Virus record (IMG/VR): IMGVR_UViG_2690316153_000015
Source: a virus
Taxonomy: Duplodnaviria; Heunggongvirae; Uroviricota; Caudoviricetes
DNA length: 37,792 nucleotides
Direction: 5' to 3' (one strand)
The position numbers and the translations under genes are program-made. The notes beneath the pieces are model-generated. The model saw only the letters and a list, made by a program, of their open reading frames with translations. It ran no database searches and was not told where the DNA came from. This document shows, piece after piece, positions 26,770-35,635 of this stretch (position 1 is the first letter of the stretch; each line of letters opens with the position of its first letter).

Positions 26770-29613
26770 TCAATCTTTATCGTAAAAACTGCCACGCCCG
26801 GCACGGGCGCGCCGTTCCATTTCTGCCCTGACCATTTCACCGACCAGTTTCGCCAGTTCGCGGGGATTCTGCGTAACAACGTTATGCAGATGAACATGAA
26901 TTTCACCACCAAATTCGGAGGCAACAGGCTCCCGGTTACGGGAAGTTACAGGAACTGATGCCACTGGAGATCGTATAGCCTCCGCCACCGGGCGGGAGCT
27001 GGCCGCAACAACAGTGACCAGCGCCGGAGGCAGCGGAGCCGGGACCACGGGTGTGATATTAATTGCGGGGGCAGGCTTACTGACCTGCGCAATCTTCCGC
27101 TCCTGCCACTCCCCACGAACAGCAAGTGCGCGGGGCAGGTTCTTAAAGACAATATCGCCGGGGCCAATGCGTTTTTTCGTCTCATCAACCAGCTTACCTG
27201 TGTTATCAGCAATTTTGCTGAGTCTGCGTAGCGTCCCGGTATTGCTGTCTGTGAGCGGTTTGTTGTCTTTGGGTTTATCACCTCCGGTGCCATTGCCATT
27301 TTCCACAGGCTTCGGCGGATTGATTTTCGCAAGGTCCCCCTGAAGCAAGGCAACCTTGTCCTGAAGAATGGCCGCACGCTGTGCGTCTTCGATTTTCTTG
27401 CGCGCCTTTTCCGCTTCATCCGGAAGGACGCCAAGTTTTTCAAGTATCCACGCCAGCGTATCCAGTAGCATTTTTGCAGGTGTCAGAACAAGCTGTAACG
27501 CACCGCCAAGAACGTTACCGAATATCTCGCCAGCACTGGTACATTTATCCAGCGTTTCCTTGCTGGACTCCATCGGTGACAGCAGCGATTTAAACCAGTT
27601 AAACACCTGGCTGATCCCGCTTCCGATTGCGTCAAAAACAGGACCAAACCGTTCAAAGGTTTCGCGCAACGGGGTCAGCCTTTCCATAATCCCGCTGAAC
27701 ACCCCGGCAAAAAATGCCCTGATGGGATCCCAGTATTTCCAGATAAGAACGGCAGCTCCGGCAAGCGCAGCCACGATAAGACCAACCGGACTGAACAGCG
27801 CCCCGATAGCGCCTCCCAGTAAAGAAACGGAACCCGTCACCATTCCCCATAGTGCTGGCAGGACCCTGACAGCATTCATTGATCCGGTCAGGAGAGAAAA
27901 ACCAAGACGCAGTTTTGCCAGCGGACCAGCAAGCACACCAATAGCCAGCGACAACGAGCCAACCGTTGCAGTCATTGCCAGCAACGCACCGCCTGCTATC
28001 AGTAGCTGGCGCGTCAGTGCCGGATGGGCCTGCGCCAGCGCCGTCACCCTTGATACCACCCGCGCGAGCCACTGCGTGACAGAACGCAGCGGACCGTCAA
28101 TCAGATCTGCAATGCGGATGCGCAACCCTTCCCATGCACTGCCGAGTGATTTCAGATCGCCGTCAAGGTTGTTGGCCATAACCTTTGCTGTGCGTTCAGC
28201 CTCACCGCGCGCGCCTTCAAGTTCTTTTCTCAGTTTGGGTAAGGAACCGTCACCCGCTGCATCAACGAGCGCCATAAACGATGTGAAAGCCTCTTCTCCG
28301 GCAATGTCCTTAAAGAACGATACCCGGTCAACTTCCCCGTATTTGCGGGTGGCTTTATAAAGGTCGGCCAGCACATCCTCCATCGGGCGCATTTTGCCCC
28401 CGGCATCCGAGACGGACACGCCCAGCTCTTTCAGAGCTTCTGCCGCCGCCTTTGGCGGTGATGCCAGACGAGCCAGGCTGGCACGCATTGCCGTCCCGGC
28501 ATCACTCCCTCTGATGCCCATATTCGCCAGCACGCCAGCCATCGCTGCGGCCTGCTCCAGCGATATTCCCAGCTTACCCGCCACCGGACCTGCATATTTC
28601 ATGGTTTCGCCCAGTGCGCGAAGGTCAGTGTTGGTACGGGTAAACGCTGCGGTGAGTGTGTCACCGACCCGGTCCATCTGGTCAGCAGAAAGGCCGAACT
28701 GCGTCAGGATATTTGAGCCAATATCCGCCGTCTCGCCGAGATCCATGCCGCCAGCCGTTGCCATGCTCAGCACGCCCGGAAGCGCAGCCTGAATGGCCTG
28801 CGGTGTGAAGCCAGCCATTGCAAGAAATGCCTGCCCACTGGCGGCATCGCCTGCGGTGAACTGCGTTTCAGAGCCAAGTTTTAACGCCTGCTCACGCAGC
28901 GCCTTAAACTGCGGGCTGTTCTGGTCGATTCGCGTCAGTGCCTGAACGCGGGACATCTCTTTCCCGAACCCGATCGCAGGCTGCAAAAAACGCCCGGCAG
29001 CATAGCCGCCAGCCGCTGCCGCACCAATTGCCAGCGCACCACCTGTTTTCAGTTTTCCCGCGGTTTCCTGCGCGCGCGAATACCGCTCACGCGCCCGCGT
29101 TACACGCGCAAGCGCCTGCCGTTCGCGTTCAAGCTGGTTGTTGTACTGTTCGGTGCGTCTGATGGCCTGCTGGATGGTGTTATCGCTGCCTGTCAGGGAA
29201 ATGCCGTGGCGTTTCAGCTCTCCGCCAAGCTCCCGCATTTTCTGAATTTCCCGTGTACGCGATTCATTCAGGCGTTCAAGCCGGGTGCTTAACTGCTGCA
29301 TCAGCTTTTGTTGTTTTTCGCTGAGCACTGTACCCGTGCGTTGTAACTGATTAAGGGCGTTAAGCTGGCGTCGTGCTTTCACGACGCCAGCATCCGCTTT
29401 ACTGACAGCGTCGCGGGCGCGCTCAAATGATCGCGCCTGACGCTCGAGATTTTTGATCGCCCCCTGCGTTCGCTGGATGGAGTCACCAAACTGCCCCATC
29501 AGGCGGCGGGCGTTTTCGGCAGGTCGGGTCAGCCTGTCAACGGCGCTGAAAGCGACCCGGATATCAAGAGTCTTCATTGTCTGCATTCCCGCTGCGAAGT
29601 GCCGCCCGCTCAC
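26770..29613 (-). CDS. T: Tail tape measure protein (P2 gpT-like)
   Basis: 947 aa; coiled-coil N-terminus, central Gly/Ala-rich hydrophobic region; preceded by frameshifted chaperone. Confidence 0.88.
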   Translation of the reverse strand: MSGRHFAAGMQTMKTLDIRVAFSAVDRLTRPAENARRLMGQFGDSIQRTQGAIKNLERQARSFERARDAVSKADAGVVKARRQLNALNQLQRTGTVLSEKQQKLMQQLSTRLERLNESRTREIQKMRELGGELKRHGISLTGSDNTIQQAIRRTEQYNNQLERERQALARVTRARERYSRAQETAGKLKTGGALAIGAAAAGGYAAGRFLQPAIGFGKEMSRVQALTRIDQNSPQFKALREQALKLGSETQFTAGDAASGQAFLAMAGFTPQAIQAALPGVLSMATAGGMDLGETADIGSNILTQFGLSADQMDRVGDTLTAAFTRTNTDLRALGETMKYAGPVAGKLGISLEQAAAMAGVLANMGIRGSDAGTAMRASLARLASPPKAAAEALKELGVSVSDAGGKMRPMEDVLADLYKATRKYGEVDRVSFFKDIAGEEAFTSFMALVDAAGDGSLPKLRKELEGARGEAERTAKVMANNLDGDLKSLGSAWEGLRIRIADLIDGPLRSVTQWLARVVSRVTALAQAHPALTRQLLIAGGALLAMTATVGSLSLAIGVLAGPLAKLRLGFSLLTGSMNAVRVLPALWGMVTGSVSLLGGAIGALFSPVGLIVAALAGAAVLIWKYWDPIRAFFAGVFSGIMERLTPLRETFERFGPVFDAIGSGISQVFNWFKSLLSPMESSKETLDKCTSAGEIFGNVLGGALQLVLTPAKMLLDTLAWILEKLGVLPDEAEKARKKIEDAQRAAILQDKVALLQGDLAKINPPKPVENGNGTGGDKPKDNKPLTDSNTGTLRRLSKIADNTGKLVDETKKRIGPGDIVFKNLPRALAVRGEWQERKIAQVSKPAPAINITPVVPAPLPPALVTVVAASSRPVAEAIRSPVASVPVTSRNREPVASEFGGEIHVHLHNVVTQNPRELAKLVGEMVRAEMERRARAGRGSFYDKD

Positions 29614-30093
29614 GCCAGCTAACCACTTCGCCGGGCGTCATCATGAAGATTTCGGCGGGCGACCAGTTAAAAATGGCGGCAATATCCGCCACAAAGTCTT
29701 CTATGTGCTCAAAGCACACAACCGTGATCAGGCTTCCGTCGCCTGTTCGTTCTTCCCGCCAGAGTCCGCACCGCTCAAAAAATTTACGGCAACCACACAT
29801 AACTGAATAAAGTCACGGGATGCCATTTTTTTGATCGTCACTTCATCCAGTCGCGGTGATGTCACGCGTGACAGCAGCGTAAACATGGATTCCGCTTTCA
29901 GATTCAGCACATCAGACAGCGACAAATCTCGCAGAGATCCAGCCTGCTCAATAGCCCCGGTGATCTCCACATACGTGATTTTTTCGCCGCCTCGCTCAAT
30001 GGGTTGGGTAAGTTTTACGCCACGCTCACTGGTTTCTTTCACAGTGTCAGTAACTACCGTGTTTTCGGTATCGATGTTTTTCGTCTCTTTCAT
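29564..30093 (-). CDS. E+E' tail chaperone fusion product made by programmed -1 frameshift
   Basis: Slippery heptamer T_TTT_TTG on the minus strand (plus-strand CAAAAAA at 29776-29782) inside E; the -1 frame ORF 29564..29800 continues from it. Confidence 0.65.
29728..30093 (-). CDS. E: Tail assembly chaperone (P2 gpE-like)
   Basis: 121-aa ORF with AAAGGAG RBS between tail tube and tape measure. Confidence 0.75.
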   Translation of the reverse strand: MKETKNIDTENTVVTDTVKETSERGVKLTQPIERGGEKITYVEITGAIEQAGSLRDLSLSDVLNLKAESMFTLLSRVTSPRLDEVTIKKMASRDFIQLCVVAVNFLSGADSGGKNEQATEA

Positions 30094-30147
30094 CAGGAAA
30101 CTCCTTTCAGTCAGAGGCGACGCACTGCGTCGCCTGCATATTACTTA

Positions 30148-30660
30148 TCAGCCAAGCCCAAGCGCGGAACGGATGCGATCGGGCACAATGTCCTTGCCGT
30201 CCTTCCGGTAGATGTGGTTCAACAGGTCGATTTCCCACAGCGGGCGATCGTTAACGCTCAGCTTGTAGTAGGTGTTTTTGACAGCGTAAGTGTGTGATGT
30301 GGCTTCGCCCTGTTTGGCTTCCCCCATATCAATTTCCGTCACACGCCCGCGCATCTCGATTTCATACAGATCGCTTTCTGCATCGGTGTAGTATTCACCC
30401 GCAAAACGCAGCAGCGTGCCGTCAATCGTGCCGCCATACTTAAGGAACAGCTCACGAACTGCGCCCCCCATGACAAAGCTCGCATCAAGCGCGGAGTCAT
30501 CCAGGCCGAGATCAATACTTACCGCTCCCATCATGCCACCACCCCGGTAGCTGTCGGTTTTGCGCGTCAGCTTAGGCAAAGTGACGGACGTCACCTTACC
30601 CACTTCGTTTTCACCATCCACAAACAGCGTAAAAAAGCGAAGATGTTTTGGCACAGCCAT
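30148..30660 (-). CDS. FII: Tail tube protein (P2 gpFII-like)
   Basis: 170-aa ORF directly after the sheath gene; synteny. Confidence 0.85.
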   Translation of the reverse strand: MAVPKHLRFFTLFVDGENEVGKVTSVTLPKLTRKTDSYRGGGMMGAVSIDLGLDDSALDASFVMGGAVRELFLKYGGTIDGTLLRFAGEYYTDAESDLYEIEMRGRVTEIDMGEAKQGEATSHTYAVKNTYYKLSVNDRPLWEIDLLNHIYRKDGKDIVPDRIRSALGLG

Positions 30661-31844
30661 CAGGCACCTCCCAGCACCGCAAATGCGGGTTCAAAGTATT
30701 CATCAGTAAACGTCTGGTAAAGCTCCATGTCTTCCAGTGGCGGAACGGGCGTATATTTGTAGCGAATACGCACACGCCCCTGACGTAAATCCGTGGTGCT
30801 GTTATCCACCACGTCATACCAGCACTCCGCGCCAATCAGTTTCCCGGCAGTCACCAGTGAATCCAGTTTTGCCCTGATGGCACTGATAACATCCTTCACG
30901 TTCGCAGGCGTCAGTGGACTGTCGATGGTTTCAAACTGCGCTTCCGCAATTGAATCAGCCAGCACCTGTGCGGTTCGGGTATACACCTCAAAAATGTAGG
31001 CGTTCGTTTCCGGTGTGCGGTTGCCCCAGAAGCGGAACCCGTTGCGACGAATAATGGTCGTGATTTCTTTGTTGTTGAGGCTGTTGGCATCGCTGTCTTC
31101 GGCCTGCAACGACCAGAACACATGCCTCGACATCCCCAGCACATTTTTAACCGGAACGTTGGACAGCGATTTGTGCCAGCCCTGCTCATGGTCAATGTAC
31201 GCACGAAGGCCGCACGCATAAGCAGGCGCGGGGAACGTTTCGTTTTCGCCACTTTTCGGGTTGTAGGCGATGAAGTCCGGCCATAAGAGCATCACTTCAC
31301 GTTCGTTGAATTTCTGGCGGTAGGTAATCGCTTCAGCCATCGTGTTACAGCCGTGACATGAGGCATACACAAATGCGCGCAGTTTACCCGCAATCACGCA
31401 CAGGGATTTTGTCACCGCCTCCGTGTCCAGCTCCGGCGCGGCCAGAATACGCGGACGGTATCCGATGCTTTCATCCTGCTCTGCAACAAGCAGCGCATAC
31501 ATCCCCGTATAGCTGCCGTCATCCTCAGAACCACCGATAACCAGTTGATCCTGCGTCTTTTCGTCTTCTTCTTTGTGTTCAGCCACGCGAACGACGATCA
31601 CCTTTGTGCTCACCTGGTCTGCGATGGCCTTAAGCGCACGATAAAGCGTCCCCGTTGTTCCGCATTTTCCCAGCACGTCATTGACGCGGGTCAGCAGTGT
31701 GGGCTTGTTCAGCGGGAACAGCTTCGCGTCCGCATCATCCGCCGTTGCCACGATACCGATAACGCTGGAATCAACATCGTTAATCGCTGTTACCAGGTCG
31801 GTATTTTCCGTAACACGGGCACCATGAAAACGAGTTTCACTCAT
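30660..31844 (-). CDS. FI: Contractile tail sheath protein (P2 gpFI-like)
   Basis: 394-aa ORF, first gene of the leftward tail operon. Confidence 0.88.
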   Translation of the reverse strand: MSETRFHGARVTENTDLVTAINDVDSSVIGIVATADDADAKLFPLNKPTLLTRVNDVLGKCGTTGTLYRALKAIADQVSTKVIVVRVAEHKEEDEKTQDQLVIGGSEDDGSYTGMYALLVAEQDESIGYRPRILAAPELDTEAVTKSLCVIAGKLRAFVYASCHGCNTMAEAITYRQKFNEREVMLLWPDFIAYNPKSGENETFPAPAYACGLRAYIDHEQGWHKSLSNVPVKNVLGMSRHVFWSLQAEDSDANSLNNKEITTIIRRNGFRFWGNRTPETNAYIFEVYTRTAQVLADSIAEAQFETIDSPLTPANVKDVISAIRAKLDSLVTAGKLIGAECWYDVVDNSTTDLRQGRVRIRYKYTPVPPLEDMELYQTFTDEYFEPAFAVLGGA

Positions 31845-32001
31845 AGCTTCAGCCCCTTGTATCCGTTAAATGATTCGGCAACAATCATCACCCACCACGC
31901 GCGTAATCTCACCCCTGCGCCGTTCTCCCGCCACGGCGACAACAAAAAGCAGTAACCCCCTCCGCACGCACATGCGACCATGCCACACAGGGAGGGAGCA
32001 G

Positions 32002-33111
32002 ATGACCGACACCACCATGCAATTGCTCAGTCAGGGCACAGACCCCGTGAAAATGCCGGATTTTGATATTCTCGCCGAGGGTAAAACGCTGTCCGGCGTG
32101 GCAGAACGCCTGATGAGCCTGTCACTGACCGACAACCGGGGATTTGAGGCGGACCAGCTCACCATCACGCTGGATGATGCCGATGGCCAGTTGCAGCTAC
32201 CGCCACGGGGCGCGCGTCTGACGGTTCTCATTGGCTGGAAAGGGGAACCGCTGACAGAAAAAGGCACTTACATTGTTGATGAAATCGCTCACGAAGGACC
32301 GCCGGACAGGCTGACTGTTTCAGCCAGAAGCGCAGATTTTCGGGATGAATTTAACGTTAAACGTGAGGTGTCCTGGCATGATGTGACCGTTGAGCGTGTG
32401 GTATCCGCCATCGCTCATCGGTATGGTCTGAAACCGCAAATCAGCGAAATGCTGATGGATATCGAAATCGACCACGCCGACCAGACCGAAGAAAGCGACA
32501 TGTCCTTCCTTACGCGCATGGCGGAAATGCTGGGCGCAATCACCACGGTAAAAAGCGGTAATCTGTTATTCATCATGCCCGGTGGTGGCGTGAACGCACA
32601 GGGCCAGCCGTTGCCCTCGTTCGCCATCACACGCAACAGCGGCGATCGCCATCAGTTCCGCATTGCTGACCGCGAAGCGTATACGGGGGTACGCGCTTAC
32701 TGGCTTGATCTTAATTACGGGAAAAAGAAAAAAGTCAGCGTGAAACGCCGCAAACCGTCAAAACCAAAAAAGGAGAAAAGCAGCAGCCGGGAAGGCGACT
32801 ATATGGAAGGTGCGGAAGGCAACGTGTTTGTGTTACGCAAAACTTATCAGAACGAGCAGGCAGCAAGACGCGCAGCGGCGGCAAAGTGGCAGCAGCTACA
32901 ACGCGGAGCCGCATCATTCTCCATCACGCTGGCGCGTGGACGTGCAGAACTCTACCCCGAAATGCATGGCACGGTAACAGGATTTAAAAACGAGATTGAT
33001 AATCAGGACTGGATTATTGCAAAAGCCGAGCACACCATTGATAACAGCGGCTTTACCACGCAGCTTGAGCTTGAGGCAAAAATCCCGGAATGGATAGCAG
33101 AAACAGAGTGA
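32002..33111 (+). CDS. D: Tail protein D (P2 gpD-like)
   Basis: Probable start MTDTTMQLLSQ at 32002 after GGAGGGAG; divergent from the sheath operon. Confidence 0.8.
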   Translation: MTDTTMQLLSQGTDPVKMPDFDILAEGKTLSGVAERLMSLSLTDNRGFEADQLTITLDDADGQLQLPPRGARLTVLIGWKGEPLTEKGTYIVDEIAHEGPPDRLTVSARSADFRDEFNVKREVSWHDVTVERVVSAIAHRYGLKPQISEMLMDIEIDHADQTEESDMSFLTRMAEMLGAITTVKSGNLLFIMPGGGVNAQGQPLPSFAITRNSGDRHQFRIADREAYTGVRAYWLDLNYGKKKKVSVKRRKPSKPKKEKSSSREGDYMEGAEGNVFVLRKTYQNEQAARRAAAAKWQQLQRGAASFSITLARGRAELYPEMHGTVTGFKNEIDNQDWIIAKAEHTIDNSGFTTQLELEAKIPEWIAETE

Positions 33112-33178
33112 GCAACTTAGACATATTAGCTCAAACTTAAACTGGCAAGTTTACAGTATAGAATTAAACATAAACGAC

Positions 33179-33209
33179 GGTCCGCTCCGTGTCAGAAGCG
33201 GACTTTGTC
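33179..33209 (+). terminator. Putative terminator hairpin after D (GGTCCGCT...AGCGGAC then TTTGTC)
   Basis: Inverted repeat followed by a T-rich tract between convergent D and the AT-rich gene. Confidence 0.35.
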
Positions 33210-33231
33210 ATCCCTATGTAAGGTTGATTGC

Positions 33232-34254
33232 TTAATACGCATTTAATTTAAATTTGTATTTGCCTTCTATGTAATGGATAAATTCAATTATGCTTTTTTC
33301 TATCGCATCTAATATATGAATATATCCATCCCGATTTAAGGTCCTATCCAACTCAAAGTGATGAACTATCCCATGTCTATATTGTATGATTTCAGAAATT
33401 CGATTCTCAAGAAAATCAACTGATTTTCCAATTCTTTTTTTCTTATAAAGAATCGCTCTCACATCTATATCCAGCCACTCTTTATATGCTTTGTTTAGGT
33501 GGGTTAAGTTTTGAAAAGTGTAATTTCTTGCAATAACACTTTCTATTGAAATATTTCCTTTCTCTATCTCAAGCAGAATATCAAAATCAACTTTTTGCTT
33601 ATACGATGTTCTTTTTGCTATTGCGAAAGGATCGTACTTTATAAGTATTTGAAAAGCTCTAGAGAAAAAGTATTCAAACATAGCAACCGCAAAAGGTACT
33701 AATCCATTATATATAACTCTACTGGGATCCATACATTGCATGTAATCAAAGTATTCGGATAAGCCGCCATCTTCCGGTAGGTTTAATTTAATAGAAGGTT
33801 CAGGTAAGGCATGTTTAACAGCGGAAATCTCATGATGGACATGATTAAATATTGAAGAAATGCCACGACTGATCGGACTACTAGAATCCTTCCATAGAGG
33901 AGCGTACCTATTTTTCCCATAATCACCTATAAGTGTTCCACCAAAAAGACTCCTTGCGCCTTTTAGAACATCATTAAGCATTTTTACATCATGCCAACTA
34001 GCGCTATATAAATTACGCACATGCAATGCCCATTTATTACCAGATATGTGTAATTCGTCATTTGAAACAGGATATATATCAGCCGAAACTCCATCTGTAG
34101 ATTTGAAGTCCGTATCATCAAACCAAGAGTAATTCAACGTTCCTTGGGGCCATCCCCACAAATGTTTACACCTTTTAAAACCTAAATTTTCAAGGTAATT
34201 TTTAAGTTCGTTTCTAGTTGCTTTTTTAGGGTACAGCGTTATATCTCTTCCCAT
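33232..34254 (-). CDS. AT-rich hypothetical protein with C-terminal R-x4-H (HEPN-like) motif
   Basis: 340-aa ORF; low GC relative to backbone; motif YRHGIVHH near the C-terminus; inserted between D and ogr. Confidence 0.6.
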   Translation of the reverse strand: MGRDITLYPKKATRNELKNYLENLGFKRCKHLWGWPQGTLNYSWFDDTDFKSTDGVSADIYPVSNDELHISGNKWALHVRNLYSASWHDVKMLNDVLKGARSLFGGTLIGDYGKNRYAPLWKDSSSPISRGISSIFNHVHHEISAVKHALPEPSIKLNLPEDGGLSEYFDYMQCMDPSRVIYNGLVPFAVAMFEYFFSRAFQILIKYDPFAIAKRTSYKQKVDFDILLEIEKGNISIESVIARNYTFQNLTHLNKAYKEWLDIDVRAILYKKKRIGKSVDFLENRISEIIQYRHGIVHHFELDRTLNRDGYIHILDAIEKSIIEFIHYIEGKYKFKLNAY

Positions 34255-34445
34255 GCTTTATTCACCTGATATACAATATTTTAAATTTTAACTATTATGA
34301 ACGTATGAATTTTCACATTGGATGTATGGAAGTTCAACAACTATTGAAAGTTCAATTTTCACTCTTCGCACAGAGCGAGCTGTTAGTTGGAATTAGGGAT
34401 CGTACAATCTAGAATAGCGGCAACACCACGTTAAGGGAGGTCGCT

Positions 34446-34706
34446 ATGTTCCGTTGTCCGCTTTGTGGCGCATCTGCCCGTATCCGCACAAGTCGTCCGG
34501 AAAATGATTCAAACACCGTGCGGCAAAAGTATTACCAGTGTAACAATCTGGAATGCGGCGTATGCTTCTCAACACTGGAAGCTTTCCATAAATTCACATC
34601 GAAACACGCCTCCGGCGTTCACTCTTCAGAAGGTATCCCGTGGCATGAGCTACCAGCTTCACACAGGGGAAACAATCAGATGAGTTTGCCTTTACCTCAG
34701 AATTAA
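34446..34706 (+). CDS. ogr: Ogr-type zinc-finger late gene activator
   Basis: MFRCPLCGAS...QCNNLECGV gives the C-x2-C...C-x4-C pattern and N-terminus of P2 Ogr. Confidence 0.85.
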   Translation: MFRCPLCGASARIRTSRPENDSNTVRQKYYQCNNLECGVCFSTLEAFHKFTSKHASGVHSSEGIPWHELPASHRGNNQMSLPLPQN

Positions 34707-34896
34707 CAAGCAGAATTGCCGGAGTAACAAAAAAGCGATAGATTACGCGCGGGTGCCTTTCGGCTGATGGTCGGAGGGAATACCCGAAGGCCAGATGTGG
34801 AAAGGCCCCGGAAAACACTTTTGTTTAACCGAGGCCCTAACCGTCTACCCTAAGCAAGTGAAAGGTTAGCGCCTCTCCGGAAAAGGAGCAAGTGCT

Positions 34897-35037
34897 ATGT
34901 CGCAAAAATCGCTTACAGCCATCACGTTCTGCGTGACGGTAATCCTCATCATCTGGATGTTGCACGGTTCGCTGTGCGAAATACGGATGAGTTTCTGGGG
35001 AGCGGAGTTTGCGGCGTTCTTACAGTGTAAGCAGTAA
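34897..35037 (+). CDS. Hok/Gef-family type I toxin (46 aa: MSQKSLTAITFCVTVILIIWMLHGSLCEIRMSFWGAEFAAFLQCKQ)
   Basis: Single TM helix followed by the conserved SLCEIR...E.AAF signature of Hok/Gef peptides; AAGGAG RBS; GC hairpin GACGGGGGA-GTAAT-CCCCCGTC downstream; absent from the ORF track because under 60 aa. Confidence 0.65.
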   Translation: MSQKSLTAITFCVTVILIIWMLHGSLCEIRMSFWGAEFAAFLQCKQ

Positions 35038-35298
35038 GGAAACCGCGACGGGGGAGTAATCCCCCGTCAATCGGTTGCCAGGGTAAGGTCGATAAGGCAC
35101 CCTATCTCACGGCTCTAAATGCAAAAATTCCATGAAACTGTGGGATTTTTGCATCACTACTGATACAGATCTGCCCTTCTATATGTCTCACTCTATACCA
35201 GCTAATCAATTGACACTTATCAATAAAAAAAAATCTGATAAAATCAAAATGTTTTGTAACAAATATCAACTCGTATTGATCCAAAGGAGGCGGATTAC

Positions 35299-35631
35299 AT
35301 GGCATTAATCAAATGTCCTGAATGCCAGAAAGAGGTGAGCGATTCAGCATTGTATTGCCCTGCTTGCGGTAAACAAATAAAAAAACTTAAGCGTTCATTT
35401 TTTGGAAAGCTCATTAAGTGGATATTTATATTATTTAATATTTTTATGATCTATACGCTTTTAGTTGGACTGGGAGGCACTAGTGAAATAATAAATAATG
35501 CTACATCCGATGCCGAAAAAGCCGGTGCAGTTATTGGTACAGGCTTAGGTTTAATTACCATTGGAAGTTTATGGGTTATTGGCGATATCATTATCGGAAT
35601 TTTAGTATTTCTTACTAAACCAAAAGGATAA
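35299..35631 (+). CDS. Zinc-ribbon membrane protein (hypothetical)
   Basis: 110 aa; N-terminal CPEC-x13-CPAC zinc ribbon then two hydrophobic helices; AT-rich; GGAGG RBS. Confidence 0.6.
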   Translation: MALIKCPECQKEVSDSALYCPACGKQIKKLKRSFFGKLIKWIFILFNIFMIYTLLVGLGGTSEIINNATSDAEKAGAVIGTGLGLITIGSLWVIGDIIIGILVFLTKPKG

Positions 35632-35635
35632 CAAA

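Noticed and set aside
27368-28360. 330-aa plus-strand ORF (and 27014..27343)
   Set aside because: Antisense to the tape measure gene; Ser/Ala/Pro-rich translation typical of the reverse frame of a GC-rich gene.
35210-35244. TTGACA box upstream of the zinc-ribbon gene as a sigma-70 promoter
   Set aside because: No well-spaced -10 hexamer (the best TAAAAT is 23 bp away), so it is not reported as a feature.
35102-35305. 67-aa minus-strand ORF
   Set aside because: Sits in the AT-rich promoter-like region immediately upstream of the zinc-ribbon gene, overlaps its start and has no RBS.
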